Source of the DNA: Balanoglossus misakiensis | Taxonomy: Eukaryota; Animalia; Hemichordata | Direction of reading: 5' to 3' | Assembly: GCA_040954595.2 (NCBI GenBank) | Contig: CM082598.2 | Location: 3,355,154-3,419,153, forward strand | Length of the DNA stretch: 64,000 nucleotides | Part shown: one piece after another, positions 31,427 to 44,900 of the stretch | Layout: each line of letters starts with the position of its first letter | Numbering within the stretch: position 1 is the stretch's first letter | Translations under genes and position numbers: made by a program | The notes under the pieces: generated by a model | Databases searched by the model: none | Seen by the model: the letters and a program-made list of their open reading frames with translations, nothing else | What the model was told of the DNA's origin: nothing

Positions 31427-34400
31427 ATTCCCAATTCCTGAATACAGTTGAACACTGACAGAGAAATACATGAAGATGTCCTTCAACTTTAACAGATTTA
31501 CCAACAGGCTAAGAAATGACCTTGGTGTGGCAATGACTCAGAAGGGATAATCATCTGATATCTCCAGGCTACGAATTGGCCCTAGTCGGTACCTTCCCTA
31601 AGGACATGTGATACAAATCTCCATCTACAAGAAAATGCGAGACGTTCTGAGTCTCCAAGTACAATGCATTTCATGAAAGATTTACATGTACATGAATGTA
31701 GGTGTTACATACATCATCAAGCTTTATTACCAATTTTAAATAAAAACAATTACCAAGTTTAAACTCGCGATTATTACTAAAAAAACATTTTGCTTTAAAA
31801 AAAAGAAGTCATAACCACAGAAATTGAACTTTTCTTGCCAAAACAGCATATTTCTACAGAGTTTACTGTAGGAAGGTGGAAAGTCTTACCAATATTACTC
31901 AAAATAATCAGCTCTGTAAATTTCTACATTTTACACCTACTTCAGAATGCATGCGTCATCAGCTGGTCATAGTTATTTTGCAATTTTCTAATGTCTAATT
32001 GCGTATTCAATATGCTCTTTAAAACTACACACCGCACCAATAACAAAAAGGGTTATATGATTCTATCAGATTGAAAAATGGATTCACACAAACAGCCAGA
32101 GGTGCCGTGAATATCGAGGATCACACAATCAGGCAACAGCTTTGACAGCTCAGACTTGAATAATACGTCTCTTTTAATTTTCTATTTGTTTTATAGTCAC
32201 AGACAGCTTTATGTGCTTGAGTTTCAACCAGGGAGACTTTTAATATTGGATTATTTTTCATTTAAAGAGATATCAGCTGCAACTTTTGGGTATTTTTCCA
32301 GCATTTTAGTACTGAACAAAATAGCCACAAATTACAGCTATAATATAAATGGATGTTTTAGACAAAATACCAAACAGACATTGAATTTGCATTGTACACA
32401 GATGGGGGAGCAAGCAAATAGCAAATGTGAACTCATTCACAATTTGTTTTCGTCACAGGAAAACCATTTAGTATTAACCAACAACAAACATGTACTGTAG
32501 CTAGATCTGTGGGTTGCTGTACAATTTGGCATATACTGATTGTACGACATCTGAAAGGACCGTGCATTATCTGGTTATTAGTGCAAATGATCGGACTGGA
32601 ATTAGCCACATTAGTTTTAAAGTTATGGCCGGTCACAGTACCAAGGCAATTTGCCAGATAAGTCTGCATGGCCGTATCCTAAAGTGGGCAGATAAACTAT
32701 CAGGCAGTTGGAATTTTCATGGAATGGTGCATTAGAGTAGTCAGCGGCATTAAAACAGAGCTTCAGTTTTTAACACAAACTCCAGAGAGCCATTACACAA
32801 ATTATTCGCATGAAAAAAACCCCACAATTGTCATTTTGACATGTTTAAAAACGTAAATGTTAAAAGAAGGTTGCCATAACAGAAAATTACACATATTGCG
32901 AGTGTAATTGTGAATGTGAGTACATACCTACATGAATGCCATTCATTCAAATCAAGACTTAAACATTTAAATAAATTTACCCATAGTTTAAACAAAATAT
33001 TTTCAAATTTAGGTGACTTTATTGTATGACCAGCTTCATCACATGATAAGCGAGCATATTTTAAGAAACATATGTCCGAAATTATTATTTTACAGCAATT
33101 TATAAATATAGCACTACTTACAGGAAGTACAGGCAATCCCACAAGACCTTTTTAGAATGTTTCCTTTGAAAAATTATGAATGAAACTTGTATGAGAACAA
33201 ACACATTATAAACAGGATACAGGCTTTTATGCAGTCACTACATTATCGACGTCCGTACTGCTCTATGGGAAAAAAAATGATATTAGTCACCACCTGCTCT
33301 TGCATGTAGCTGAAAGCTATACACACTAATTAATTGGGCACATACATCACTTTGAGCCCAAAATCCAATTTTCCAAATTGATTTCAAATCTGATCTTGAC
33401 AAATGCAAGATGAAGTGACAATCGACCACAGGAATGTGCGAACGGCAGCTTTTGTGATTTTTTCCACGAAGCTTGCATCCACAGAGAATTTTTTTAATGA
33501 AAGGGGATGTCTGTATAATTTATTGTCCCTTCCTATCTATCGTCCCTGTCCGTGAGATAAATCTAGCATCCTCAATCACATTCTGATTAAGTTAAAGAAA
33601 CCATGTAAGAAAACAGTTAAAACATATTGCGGTTTTAACTCTGCAACAACTATATGGTGTACTGCGGTTGCTTTGTACCAACTAAAATGTTAACCCAACT
33701 TGCTACAGGTGAGGTTAGATCATTTTTTACAATAAAAATTGTTTCTCTATAAATAGGGTATCATGAAGACCTTCCCAGCTATCCACAATACATAATGGTA
33801 GATGGTATACATGTTAAAACCCACTCTTCCTTGTATTCACAATACATGGAATGTTTCATTTTCCTGTTGCACAGTGCAGGCCAACATGATTTCGGCAATA
33901 ATAACATTATGATGACCATGTATAGAGTGACTGTGATTAGTGCAAACACACGTACCATATGGACAGTGCATTATGAAAGTTTTCATTGTGCAACACTGTA
34001 CCATATGGGAACTCAAATATGGAGTATTCAGGCTGTTCATCACCAGAGAGAGTCCACTCACCGAGAACTCAAACCCCATTAATATTGTGCACTGTACCAG
34101 TGCGAGACAAGTGTTTGTGTTCACATGTCAAGCTGACACAATAGGAAATAAACAGCCGTTGCCATGGCAGCAGAGGCTACTGTAGCCAACAAGGTTGACT
34201 GCGCCCATGGCACCTAAAGTGACGATTGTTCAAGGCAGAAATGTTTCCATGACAACTGAGTGTCAGCGTACATTCTTGTGATACTGAGTCTTTTTCTCTG
34301 GTACACATACGTTTCAAATATCGGTAAAAGCATATCACAAAGCAAGACTGTGGTATTTGTGATGAAAAAAGACTGCTGCTATACTTAATACCCCCAGTAG

Positions 34401-36765
34401 ATTTTTAAAACCTGACTCTCACATTTTGATGTTACTCACAAGTATTAGACGTACCATATAGATAAATACAATGAAGTGAAACAGCTAGAATGCATCTGAT
34501 ATACGGTACAGCAGTGCAGCATTCTTAAGATGCTCTACCTCAGAGACTACACACTAGCCCAGGCAAATCAATCTTTCGCAACTCACCCGGTGGAAATGGA
34601 AGCAAAATTCAATTTGGGAGATCAAAAACAAAATACACCGGCAGATTTAATCATACGATTTTGACAACCTCTCTGACAGGTAATGAATGATGTGCACTTG
34701 TTCTTTTTATTGGAACGAGAAATGATTTACCAAGCGTGTGCCGGTGTCAGCTGTACCATCAACAAGAACGTCTCCAAGGCCCATTTATTTGACAAATACT
34801 TCCCGTCTGTGTTGTAAATTCTAAGAGCAATCGATCTCTGATACTTGACTGTATATGGCCATCCACTACATTAGTAAATTTGAGACATTTTAACATCTTG
34901 CAGCTGTATATTTATAAAGTGATTATTTCAGTATGTTTTAACTTTTCATCTTGTTATTTGTTCTAACTCTACTGTTTTCGTCAAAGGTCACTTATAACAT
35001 GTATGCTGTAAGAAATGTAAACGGCTACTGTTCTTCATGTTTTTTGCGAATGTTAACAGTGTACATGAATAAATTTTTAAAGAATTGGGAGTCCAGGCAA
35101 TATTTTGATCATTTGTTGTCAAAATATGTTTCCGCGTCCCTTCTTATAGTAAATTACCTTGTATTTTGCATGTCAGCTCCGTTTGATTATTATAAAAAAT
35201 ATCATGTAGTTGATAAATTACTTTTATAATCTGGAGTTAATGTATAACCAATAAATTTGGCAACATACTGTGCAGACTGCTTTCGCAAATAGTGTTCATG
35301 ATGTTTTGGTGAATATAGTAAGAAAGTTTAATGTTTACATGAAGGTAAAAACACTGAAGGGATACAACATGAAGAGATACAACCACTCTCCCTGTCAGTG
35401 ATATTACTTTTCTCCGTGTAGAACCTGTTTGTTTTTTTTTGCGTTCACAACACACAGGAAAGCCTGTCAGCCAAATTGGAACGTCATTTCATGTGCAAAC
35501 ACAATCCGGCTGCCATTTCACACATGATTTGCTGCAGACACGCAGCAGTGAAGATCAAATGCTAAAGGAAATGAAAGCAGTGATGACTAGGAGCTTGGTA
35601 TATCCGATATTCTCTATTTCTCGTTTACAGATACCGGTATATGTACATTGAGTAAATACCAACATACGAACTGTACACTTAAGCATTATACCGTACTATG
35701 CTATGATTTCACTCTCACTTTAATCCTTGGTATGAACTCATGAGCTTTGACACACACTGTATGCTAACACCGACTGTAAATTTTGACGCAAGAGATAACC
35801 TTTAACAAGATCCAGTCTTTGCCGTCACTGAAGTGGGCATCCCTATGGAAGCAAACTTTTGACATGAGGCATTATTAATCCTGGTATCAATCACAACTTT
35901 GACAGTAGTCCACATATAGTAATCACACAGAAGAATTTCAGATTCTGTCTCCTAAATTCAAATTTTTAGGTGGTGTGTAAACTGATAAATTAGTTTACTT
36001 CTTCTAAAGCACTTTTAGTGCAGATTCAGAATGTTAGGACAAAGTACCATGTGCAGTTCCAGTCAACACTTAATAATCATTTTCACTGACACAAACAATC
36101 AGGTAACCAAATTAATGTTAATTATGATTAACTACATGTGAATGTAAGTTCATTCGTTACTGGTCTGTTGTTGTCAAGTTTAACCATATATAAACACACA
36201 GGTCTACAACTTCACCAACACTCTTGGATGATTATGAAAAAAAAACAGTGATCTGTTGAATTCGATAATCTGTAAGCTGCTCTAACATCAGTCTTGGTAA
36301 GATTCCCTGCACATTATACTGAATGTACCAAATAAATAAGTTTGGTATCAGATTCACACACACAATGTCAGGTATTATGAACCTCGGCTCTGAATAGCCG
36401 GCATCGGATCCACCTCAAAGACAAGTAGCGGGCAATACTGCGGAGGGTTTGAAGCATGATCGCATTGTGCATCTAATTCCCATTCACTTCTGGTTGGCCG
36501 AGCTCACTAAGTGATGATCTCAGACTGACAATAGCTGTAGGAAATCAGCCTCCCAATAACTCCTGTAGGAAATATCAACCTCCCTAGTGGCCAGCGCCAA
36601 CCAATCATCTCTTCAGCTTAAGTTCACGACGCCCACTCGAAACGAACTTTTTCGGATCCTGCTCAAAGGAAACACACTGAGAAGATCCTAGCAGATACTG
36701 CATGGACTGCAGTAATCATGTCTTGCCCACCTGAGCAAAGTTTGCATGGGAAGATTTGATAATCT

Positions 36766-36865
36766 TGCTTTCAAAGAATTCACTTGCTTCTCTGGTATCT
36801 TGTACCATCTGAACTGGACAGGATGGCAAACACTGGGAAAATACATCACTACATCACCAAATTTT
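36766..36865 (+). repeat. Direct repeat of about 100 bp, copy 2
   Basis: Near-identical to 31321-31426 apart from a 6-bp indel and two substitutions. Confidence 0.9.
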
Positions 36866-39800
36866 AGTCGCATTCTCTCCTGTTGTCATCTGTGTCTATA
36901 AAATGCTTTTCCCAGCAATTAAAAAAACAGGACAGAAAACAAATTGTTAAATCTCCTCACATACACTGATGATGGTGATGTTACATGTGTTCCAAAGGGT
37001 CAGTTAATACGATACACTGAAGTCTGTGCTACACATTTTTTTATTGTCTCACTGCATTTAAAATAAAACATCTACTATCTTAGTTGTCATAAAATAACCC
37101 AGTCTCTTCAACCAATGAAACCAGTTTTAACAACAGCCCATGAAAACTGACGTTATTACCAATCAATGACTATTACATTCTTATGCAAATAAGCTTGGTT
37201 TTCACCCTATCACAAGTATCATCTTGCATATTTGAGAATGTTCAGATTACATATTTTGAACCATCCAGTAAATCACCCTTTTTCCAATAAATTCTCTCTG
37301 GAAAGGATTTTGTAGGTGTTCCCTACAATATGATAGAGAATTATGAAGCCCAGGGTCCATTTTTCCATTACCCAGTTTACAATTCAAAATAACATAATTT
37401 TCAAACTAGACGTTTATGTACAAAATATCTGTGAAAATCTGATGTGCTATTCAACTTCTGAAAGACACTTGCTGATTTTTATAATTCTGTCACATCCCAC
37501 AGGATTTTCTTACGTCCATATCTCACAGTAATTTGAACGTGTAAAGAAATAATCCAGAGCTCGAGCATATTACTGTGAAATTAAAACACAAATTAGATTT
37601 TTTACAACAAGTTGTGTCAGTCCAGAGAGATATAAATTTGAATGAGAATAAAATTATAATCGCAGTGAAAGCAATTGCAATTATTCCTCTACTGTACAGG
37701 TAGATTCCTTTGATTGATGTGCAAGGCTCAGTACCGATGAACTCGGAGAATTAGAATCTTAGCCTATTTCATGCTTTGTATGTCGTGTCACAGGCGTGAA
37801 ACTCAATAACTGCTTCAGCTGCACATGACTAATAGGGCTTTGCTTGACTGCTGGCAGCGTTAACCGGTACAATTATACGGCAGTACCTTAAGGCCATACC
37901 AAATGAATCGACAACCACATGACCATGTTGATAGCTGGTGCTGGCTCTGTTCCAGCCATGCAAAGCTGTACATGTAAACCCTTCCCCCATTATACACGTA
38001 TTGATAACATTTTTGGCAACATATATTCCAGAGATCAGAGGTTAACACAACAGCACTGCCAAATTTAGCAATGTTGACGTTTTACTGGTACAGACAGTAT
38101 ACCGGTAAGCAGTCTAAATGAGCTAAAGGGAAAGTATCCTTTTTTTTGCAATTTCATTATAAATCTGATAAAGAAATCAGCTCAGTCTTTCACCTTTTAT
38201 TTGGATAAGGCCAAGATCCAGCCCAATTGCAAGTACAAGGGACAAAGCAAGTAGGAAACAAACAACTTAATCTTCCAGTTATAGACAAAGTACAAAATGG
38301 AAAATTATTTAGTTTTTTTTTCTCTTTCAAACAAGACAGAATCAGAATTTGGGTCAGTTTTTTCACAGCAGATCAAAAAATCAATTTACGCCCAACGTTG
38401 GGCAGTTATTAGAATCTGTGTCGTTTTTCATCACAGCAGCTCAGTCAGTAGTCAAGATAACGGTGAATAGTATAATAGCTCATATCACATTCGCCAGCTG
38501 TAAATTCCTCCGTGATATAAATAATTGCCCAAGTAATAAACCGGTGCATGATCTGTTACAGTTGCTATCAGCATTTCAAAAGGAAAGCTCAACACATTAG
38601 GAAGTGTAAACTTATCTTGCTGAGAAGATAAAAATAAATAGTGATATGGTTAAGGCTCTTCATTGATGAACATAAAACAGATTATTACTACACTTATAGT
38701 ATCAGTATATACAGTACAGGAATGAGAACATTAATTTTAATAATAATAATAACTCTCACACATGCATATGTATGTGCGTACGATAAGTTACAACACATTT
38801 AACTGCTTGTGACACATATGTACTATAGTATAGATGATAAGAATATTGCACATTAGTTTGTTAAATTTTCATTTAAACATATTTCAAAGAAAAAAGAGAA
38901 ATCAGGCTTGATGGCTAAACTTAAGTCTTATAAACAAGTTGCGATTTTGGGTTGGAAGGGAAATATGGCAAAAAACATCAAGACTTGGCAACTCGACAAC
39001 CCGTTCTCGAGTAATACAATTCTCATCTATATGTCGCCTTGGGGAGAGAATTACAGCAACTACAGGGTCGCCAGAAATCGTAATAAAATCTTCTCGCATA
39101 TCAGTGTTGAAACCCACCGAAAGAGGTCACAAGTCAATTGGCCAAGTGGCAGACATACTCCCCAAATCTTTGGGGAAATGATGATTCTTGTTTAGAAGAG
39201 AACGAATTAAAACCTTGATATTTTGGACAAGTTGAACGATCAGGAATGAAGTTTGCTGCCGCGAGAGTTCAAAGGTCGCATGTAAATGATACGTTGATTA
39301 AAGAGGGTAAAGGCTGGGCAAATTGAGTTAGTCAGTTTAAGCAGGGTTCTACTGGAACATGATTTTCAATAGATGGCTGAAAATGCAGGTTTAAATAAAT
39401 TACTCTGGTTTGCTTTCCAGATTAATTTGGAAATTGCTGAGGGATTTATATACTGTGAACACTCACATATAACATGATACGATGGTCTGATTAACGAAGT
39501 TAGCATGTTAAAGGTCGGTGTGCCCTCCAAGGATTTGGGTGCAGTAATCAAAGAATAAAAGCTTGCTTCTCAAGATATACCTGAGAATAATAGGTCTTAA
39601 TCTTCTGCTAGTAGTTTGCCACGAACAATAGGAACTATTTACTGTTTTACAGAAAGAAAACTATGGATCAGACAGCAAATATGAATGCTTCACAAGGTTG
39701 GTGATTGGCATTTGAGGTTAAAATTGCAAGTAAACTTATAGCAGTGCTCTCATTCATAACACTCATACATTACAAGAAAAAACGGAAGGGAGAACACAGG

Positions 39801-41739
39801 TATATAAGTGTTCAAAATTTGCAGCTTCTGGGCCTTTAACAATCTAGCAAAAAAAAAACAATTACTTCCAAAGTCCTGTGTATGAAAGTACTGGAAGCAT
39901 ACATCTCTGGTTTCTTATGAGACTGATCATCATCATAAGGCTATCCCAAAAGAATAATTTTATTACTGATCTCCCAAAAGCCATAAAACTATACTACCCA
40001 TACTATTTAATAGACCATTAACTCTGAGACACATGACACTCTGGTATGTTACAACTATCGAGTGAACTAGGGTAATATATTTTGACAGATGATTTTACTT
40101 ACAGATGGTTGTATTTTTTAGGTCAGAGTCTTGAAAGATCATATTTTCTTTGCAGGGCAGCAGCATGCTTGATAGAGTTTTATCCTGCTATGTAACTGCT
40201 AAAAATCTGAAAATTAGTTCTTGTTTTGTTTCATGCACTATCCAATACAAAACAAATGCAGTTAATAGTTGCCGTCAACATGCTCTGTATATGTATACTA
40301 AATCAATGTCTTTCTTTTTCTTCATTGAAACATGCCATTAAAATAATGATAATAATAGGAAAACTTATATTTTGTGGGGGAGGGGGAACGTAAAATGTCC
40401 ATTGTATGTTCCCTCGGCAAGGGTTCACTGGAACTTCTACAGATGGCTTTGATGAGTAGCATGTATTTAAGTTCAGCTCACACGGCTGAGTGAGCCTCTG
40501 ATTTTTTGTCAGATGGGCTATTAAGGCAGTATTTGTTCTTGGAGTGTAATGGTAACAGTGACTCACTGCCGAGCTGAGCTATACGCTTTGATCAATCTGA
40601 GCTGGATGGCCCCAATCATTTGCTGTTATCAGTGCCGGGTGTTTGCCCACACAAAATGGCCAATTACCGTCCCTCGTGATAATATTGACAGTGGGAAGCC
40701 GCATGAACACATAGGGGGAACTGTCTGTGCTTTTGAAAGCGCCGATAAATACTACATTATCACCAGAACAAAACACAATCATTTGTCGAAAACCAAATAC
40801 TTGTTTTCCTTTTCAAGTCGACAGAGACCGTAAAATCAATTAGTATTGAGCGTTTCTGCAAATCTTGCCTTCAGTTCTGTCCTACTTTGGTGCAAATTTA
40901 TGGAATCAATAATACACACCTTGTACGGTGTCTAAGTTACATTTCAGTTTCGAGTCCCCACAACCTTTGGCTCATAACTCACTTGCAATCTATGCCACTG
41001 ATAATGAGTGCAGGGTCAGGAGTTTCAGTTTAAAGGGGCACAGTCGCCCACTTATGGCATGTATTATTCTGGTTATTTTTAGTTTCTTTTGAAAGGTTAT
41101 TAATGATGACCTGCTCATTGAAACATGCTTAATCACCAGTTGTCACAAATGCATCTCGAATACTGCCCAATACGACTACTTCTATCATTTAATTTTGGGT
41201 CAATACCAAAAATTGTGTGGTACTAGAGGCTTTCAAATCCCACATTCGGGGTGAGATGAGTTAAATTGTAACCACCGATAATTGAGCATTTTTCAGTATG
41301 CAGTACAGAAATAATCTATAAATAGAATATAAATTACCAAAAATGTCACAAATGAGAACTAAAATGTACCTTCAATCTGAGTTCCTATACTCTGACCTTT
41401 TCCAATTTGGATTCTTGTTACACACATCCTTCTCAGCCATATTTTTTGCATCACTACAAAAATAAAGTGGTCTTTTGTAATAATTGATTGATGCCATCCA
41501 TATGCTTTTCAAATGTCAAAAAGATCCATTGCTGAAATGTTAGAGATGAAAAATCATGATATTTTTATGTAATTGTCCGATGGATTGGTTTACTGCTCTT
41601 AATTAAGCTTCATTTTCTGTCTTTTAGACAAAAGTTTGCCAATGCAAACAACATTAAAAGGGGTTCAGATAAATTATGTATGTTTTCCAGTTTTAATGAA
41701 AATGGTGAATTCTCCATTTTTTTCCAAGTCATTGTCAAT

Positions 41740-41990
41740 GATATAGTCCCTGGTAGATCAATTGATGTCTGAATCATGGCTTCAGACATAAAATATCTAA
41801 ACAAAACAGCCATATTTGACCAAATTGATATGCATGGTACATCCTAATAAAATGATCTGTCAAGTTTGAATACAATCTCATGCATGTCTGAGTTATGGCT
41901 CAGGAAGGATAGACAGACGGGTGGACAGTAGACAAATGCAGACTGTAAGCTCCCCCACTCAAAAATACTACATCCAAGGGGACTAAAAAA
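41740..41990 (+). mobile_element. 3' end of a Helentron-associated (HINE-like) interspersed repeat
   Basis: aagtttgaa...gagttatggctc, a GACA/GACG-like tract, then a tcccc...ggggac stem followed by an A-run; this is the usual layout of such elements. Confidence 0.45.
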
Positions 41991-44900
41991 CTGCCGTATT
42001 ACTTCAATGCTGGTAATAAACATGATATTTGGAGAGCATAGGCCGTCTGCCCTGTGGGTGGAGATTTTGATAGAGTGATACATTTCTAGCGGTCGTGTGT
42101 GGTGTAAATCTCTTGACTCTTCGTTGAGAAACACTGCCATGCCTTGGCGATAATGTACCTAAATAGTCAGCCGATGATGACAGCCGACGGGTAGCAAACT
42201 CTCAGGCTTAAGTCTGGATTCCTGCTGAAAAATGAGCGCCCATAAATTTGCCCCAGTACCGCTTGTAACACTGTCGAGTTAAATCTACATTACTGAGCGC
42301 ACACACCGCACTCCTGTAAAACCTTTCAACCAAATTGATACATGTTCCCATTCTGGCAGATGTTGATTTTGCAGATTCAGTTACTTCAAATGTAACAAGG
42401 GTTTAAATTTCTCCTCTTCCCCCCGTAATGAATTTCACGAGCCTTGCTTTTCTTCACAGAAATCACACTGTGCCGTCAAAGTAGACAGCCTTGATGAAAT
42501 GCATAGAAATATCTCAAGGCAATGTGTGTAAAGGTATTAGTGGTGAGGAGGTGGTTGAAGTACTGGACTCCCTTATGGCTCATCCAATACAATGTCCTAT
42601 TATACAGAATGGCCGTACATTGTGAATTAAACCCTGTAACATTGTCTTCTGGATCAGCTGTGACCATATAATCTTACATGTATAATCTTTTTTTCAATGG
42701 ACAAATGCAGACAGATCATAACCCGTGTTATGTTTAGCTTTATAATACTGATATTATTGTGATGTGTATGTATGATTTTTTTTTTTTTTTTGGACAGTTA
42801 TATTACTGATATAATTGAGATGTAATTCTATGTATTATTTTGTTTTAATTTGTGGACAATTAAAATTTTTCTCGGTTTAAAATTGCGGCAAGCAAAATAA
42901 TAAATAATTACAGTGTTAAAAATGGTGGAAAATATATAGCGTGACAGATTTACTAATTTTGGAAACCTTTCTATGTAAATGGATTGTTGAGGATTTCGTG
43001 TTAGGAATCGGGTAAGGTTTCAGAAATCATATTACCTCTCTGCTAATTATTGCCCAGGTCATGTCTTTGAATGCGAAAGATGTTAAGTGCAATTTCAATA
43101 GACATAAAAAACTGTGCTAAAACTCATTAAACAGATACTCCAATGTTGCATTTGCCGGACGCTCACACCAAAAGTGAATTGTAAACGTACGTTGCCAGTT
43201 TTGGTAATTGTAAAAAGTCGATAGCAGGCCTTGGGAAGTCAATGAGTCTGGCAACATTAGTATGTCGTTCGGGCCTTCGGCAGGATCATTTCAGTATGTT
43301 TCTTAAGCTTTGCCCTTCTTTCCTCTAATTTTGGGATTACAGCAAACAAAGGCAAGACTCTCAGCATTAGATTGCTAAAAATAGGATGTGTACTGAATGT
43401 ATGCCAATGAAGGTCCAACTTACAAAAATTTCAACAAGTACACGTGACATCAAATCAAATAAGTGCACACTGCCAGGTTTATAAAGAGCGGCACTTCAAG
43501 AAAACGTTGAGCTTTTCACGTTAGTACATTTCAATCATAGTACCATGAAGAATGGGGCTGCCACACACAGCGGCACACGACATCAAACGCATTTCATTTC
43601 AGATGAAATGGGTATACAGCATGAATAGAACATTACCCAGCAAACATGCATGTATTAATGGCAACGTTGATGTGCAGAATTAATTTACGCTTGTTTAAAC
43701 TGGTCATGGCAGCGTCCCACTGGGTGAATAAATCTTTCTCTTATTCTCTGACTGTCACACAAAAGCTATCCATAACCCTGACGCGTGTGACTGAATATTA
43801 TTTTTTTACAGCAGTAAAGCTCATTAAATGTATGGGTGTGCACAATCACAGTTGGTGAACAGTGTTTCATAATTAATGACCTGGCAAGTTAACAAAGGGA
43901 CTTGCTCAAGACTTATAATGCACCTCAAAACATACTGACAAAGCATGTGGGATATCTGATTAAGGGATATCTGTTATGAACGATGACTTGTTGAATTAGT
44001 AGTAACCTTTAGAACACTGAACAATAACTTTCTGCAACTGGGGCAGGATCAGCTCACTCTTTTTCAAACACCTGACATCACTGCTTGTTTCAGGCAAAAG
44101 AAGGTCTGCATGTATTATTATATGACTCGTGTAACTGTAATTTTTTGTATGATATAATTCTTGGACTTTAAGTGTTGCCATGCCAACAACTCCATGAAAG
44201 GGAAAATCACTGATGTCTCATTAAAAGATTACCCGACAGTGCTTGTGTATGCGCATAAAAACACCATTAATACGACAATTAACTATCAAAAGATTACAAA
44301 AAGATTACCGATAATTGCTTAATGCACAGAGTGATAATGTTGACAAATTACACATCTAAAAATAGAGCAATTTTTCAAAGATGTCAAACCCTAGCACTGA
44401 CACTGTACTAATTCACTATGACAAGATTAGTTTAATATGAAAAAAATCAAATTTATAGTAATTTAGTAGATAGTTATTTAGTAAGCTGTTGAAGAGTACA
44501 GTTTGAAAACGCACATAATGCAAATTATCTGTTTTATATTTGTTCAAATTTAGTAAGTAAATGGTACAAACAATTGATTTCTATGATATATCAGGAAACA
44601 CAGGAGTAACACAATGAGAATGAAAGGATATGATTACGCAACATGATTTTCCTGATTTCATGATATTTAATAAGACTACTATTCTGTAGAAATTACTCAC
44701 AGAGCAGCCATTACTGGATCTATCCTTCATCTCAAATGCCAAATCATATCTGAACGGATACTTCACAGTAGATGGACTTGGCGAAGCACCCAGTGAAAAT
44801 CACCATGATCATATAAGAAAAGACATTCTATCCAGTATACAACAACACGCTCTGTTATTTCAGATATCTTCAAGGAATTCATGCTGTAAATTAAGGGTGG

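Noticed and set aside
38902-39195. Three overlapping short ORFs
   Set aside because: No homology recognised and no convincing splice sites.
41029-41602. Possible Kolobok-like element starting TTAAAGGGGCACAGT
   Set aside because: The matching right terminus is too degenerate to support.
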